A stretch of 63,926 nt of DNA, the filler included, from Octopus bimaculoides (taxonomy: Eukaryota): NCBI RefSeq assembly GCF_001194135.2. It is 5 parts of 4 records of this genome, joined end to end, with 100 filler letters (N's around TTAATTAATTAA, not from the genome) between each part and the next. Parts side by side here need not be neighbours in the genome. Positions count along the whole stretch, not along the records: positions 44,329 to 62,684 come from NC_068995.1; positions 62,785 to 63,926 come from NW_026353303.1; 3 more parts are not named here. The stretch is one strand, 5' to 3'. Below the pieces are notes generated by a model. It saw nothing but the letters and a program-made list of their open reading frames with translations. It had not been told where the DNA came from and made no database searches. The position numbers and the translations under genes were made by a program. Below, one piece after another: positions 62,032 to 63,926 of this stretch (position 1 is its first letter; every line of letters starts with the position of its first letter).

Positions 62032-62640
62032 GTGAGTTTTACAGCATGGTCTTAGAAACTTAGAGACATAATCAAATCTGCTACAGCCAAGATATAAAGA
62101 AATATATAAAAACACTATCGAACCTATAGAGAATAAAACGAAGGGAAAAATGAGCGTATCATCTTCTCCCCCTCCTCTTGTCTATCTCAAAATAGATAAA
62201 GTGTAAAAATACCTAGACAAAATTAAGAAGTGGAATACACAAAATATTTTAACAGAAACACACATTTCTGCGAGAAATTCGTTTGTATGTGTGCGCGTGT
62301 GTGTCTATGTGTGTGTGTGTATTCTAATCACCCACATCTATGCACAAACAGATATACACTCACCCATAGTTATAGACATATATGCAAAAGCCTCATTGTA
62401 CAGTACACACATAGTCACCTGCACACGCATGTCTGCGTAGCTATATAATATGCATGAATATTATACGTAAATACACACATGTATGCCTGTCTGCGCAGAT
62501 ATATAAGGTGTAATAAATACACTGAATACGTTTGCCAATCGTCTTAACTCACTCTGTCTGAGACATGTCCATGTTTGAATGAGTGTTGCATGCGTAAATT
62601 TGTTCGTGTGTATGAGTATTTCTGCTTGCATCTATGTACA

Positions 62641-62676
<36 letters not shown>

Positions 62677-62684
62677 TATATATA

Positions 62685-62784
62685 NNNNNNNNNNNNNNNN
62701 NNNNNNNNNNNNNNNNNNNNNNNNNNNNTTAATTAATTAANNNNNNNNNNNNNNNNNNNNNNNNNNNNNNNNNNNNNNNNNNNN
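62685..62784. other. Scaffolding linker 44N-TTAATTAATTAA-44N
   Basis: Same structure as 17274-17373. Confidence 0.95.
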
Positions 62785-63926
62785 TCTTTTGTCTAATAGC
62801 CCTGTCTACCTCCTTGTTCCATCACCACGTTACTTTGGGTTGAGAGGGGACTTTACACCAGCCACAGATCTAGTCGGTGGCTCTCAGCAGGTTGTTCTGC
62901 AGAAACCTCCAATTGTCTTCCACATTGTATGATGCTATATCCCCTTCTATTTCGTCAAATGCTTCAAGTAACATGTCTCTAAATCTCTGTCCATTTGCAG
63001 GGTCTTTAAGCTTCCACACCCTTCTACTCCAAGCCAGTCTACTTTTGGGCACCCATTTTGCCTTGGTCCCGAAGTCGCTAACTACTAATCTGTATTGAGG
63101 GGTACATTCTTTGCCAGGGAAGGTTTTGGCATTTATAAGCAACCATCTTTCCCTATTTCTGGCGAGGATGTAGTCAATTTGGTTAGTGTGTCTGCCAGAA
63201 TGGTAGATGACTAGGTGACTCGCAGGTTTCCTGAAGTTAGTATTGCAGACCATAAAGTCATTTGCATCACAAACTCCAACAGTCTGGTTCCCTCCTCGTT
63301 GCGGAAACCAAAACCATAGCCTCCATGTACGCCATAGAAGCCCCCTGAATGTGTCCAACATGACCATTGAAGTCACCAGCCACAAAGAGAAGGTCCCTGT
63401 CATTTGTTGACGAGGTAGTCTGCAGGAGGGTGTCATAAAATTGGTCTTTCTGTCCGTCGGGGAACTTGGGCTGAGGGTCATAGGCCGAGATAATGGTTGC
63501 TAAACCATAGTGAAGGACTAATCTAATCTTAAGTATTCTGTCACATACTCTGACTACCTCGATTACCTTATCCACCCATTTCTCTGCAAGAATTATGCCC
63601 ACGCCCCTGACCCCGTCTGTGTTCCCTGCCCAGAATATTCTTGTACCTGTTTTCTTTGCTTGTGAGGAACCTAGCAGAACCTCCTCTCCACCTTACTTCT
63701 TGGAGGCAGCAGATATCGACACATCTCCGTTCAAGCATCTCAACAATCTCACCAGACCTACCTTTCAGAGTGCCGACGTTGGGAGTGCCAACCTGAGGGT
63801 GTGGGAGGTATGGGCCTGTGAGACCCTGGGGCAGGGAACAGCAGCATCATGTACCTGAAAAGAAAGCTTGCATTCGGCAGAATTCATAAACAATCAGTAG
63901 CATTCATTTCAGCCTGCATCTACTAC
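62785..63926 (-). mobile_element. RTE LINE 5' part (endonuclease), same family as 30480-32760, running off the window end
   Basis: GVGIILAEKWVDKVIEVVRVCDRILKIRLVLHYG, SAYDPQ, VAGDFNGHVG, NQIDYILAR, QYRLVVSDF. Collinear with the reverse complement of 30530-31640. Confidence 0.93.

Overview
This window is animal genomic DNA that is AT-rich, saturated with repeats and heavily gapped. The SINE/LINE complement and microsatellite load look to me like a coleoid cephalopod (octopus-like) draft assembly; that is an inference and is unverified. I found no intact host protein-coding gene, rRNA, true tRNA gene or CRISPR array. Almost every real ORF-track hit is a decayed transposable element: three Tx1/L1-type LINE copies plus a 3' stub, four R4/Dong-type RLE-LINE pieces, two long RTE LINEs plus a fragment, several distinct Penelope-like element (PLE) lineages, two Helitron fragments, Tc1 and hAT-like remnants, two LTR-like relics, a 263-bp palindromic MITE and more than 30 tRNA-derived SINE copies from about 3 families. 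I do not see convincing evidence of a new biological system. The best leads are (i) an uninterrupted 219-codon PLE reverse-transcriptase core with a long insertion between motifs A and B', (ii) three minimal hammerhead-ribozyme-like motifs in PLE-type termini, (iii) modular head/middle/tail shuffling among SINEs, and (iv) a head-to-tail pile-up of R4/Dong elements in (AAT)/(CAA) tracts. Four 44N-TTAATTAATTAA-44N linkers and one 122-bp duplication around a 10-N gap are assembly artefacts. Element boundaries were read by eye and are approximate (about +/-10-30 bp). Family names come from motif recognition, not database searches.
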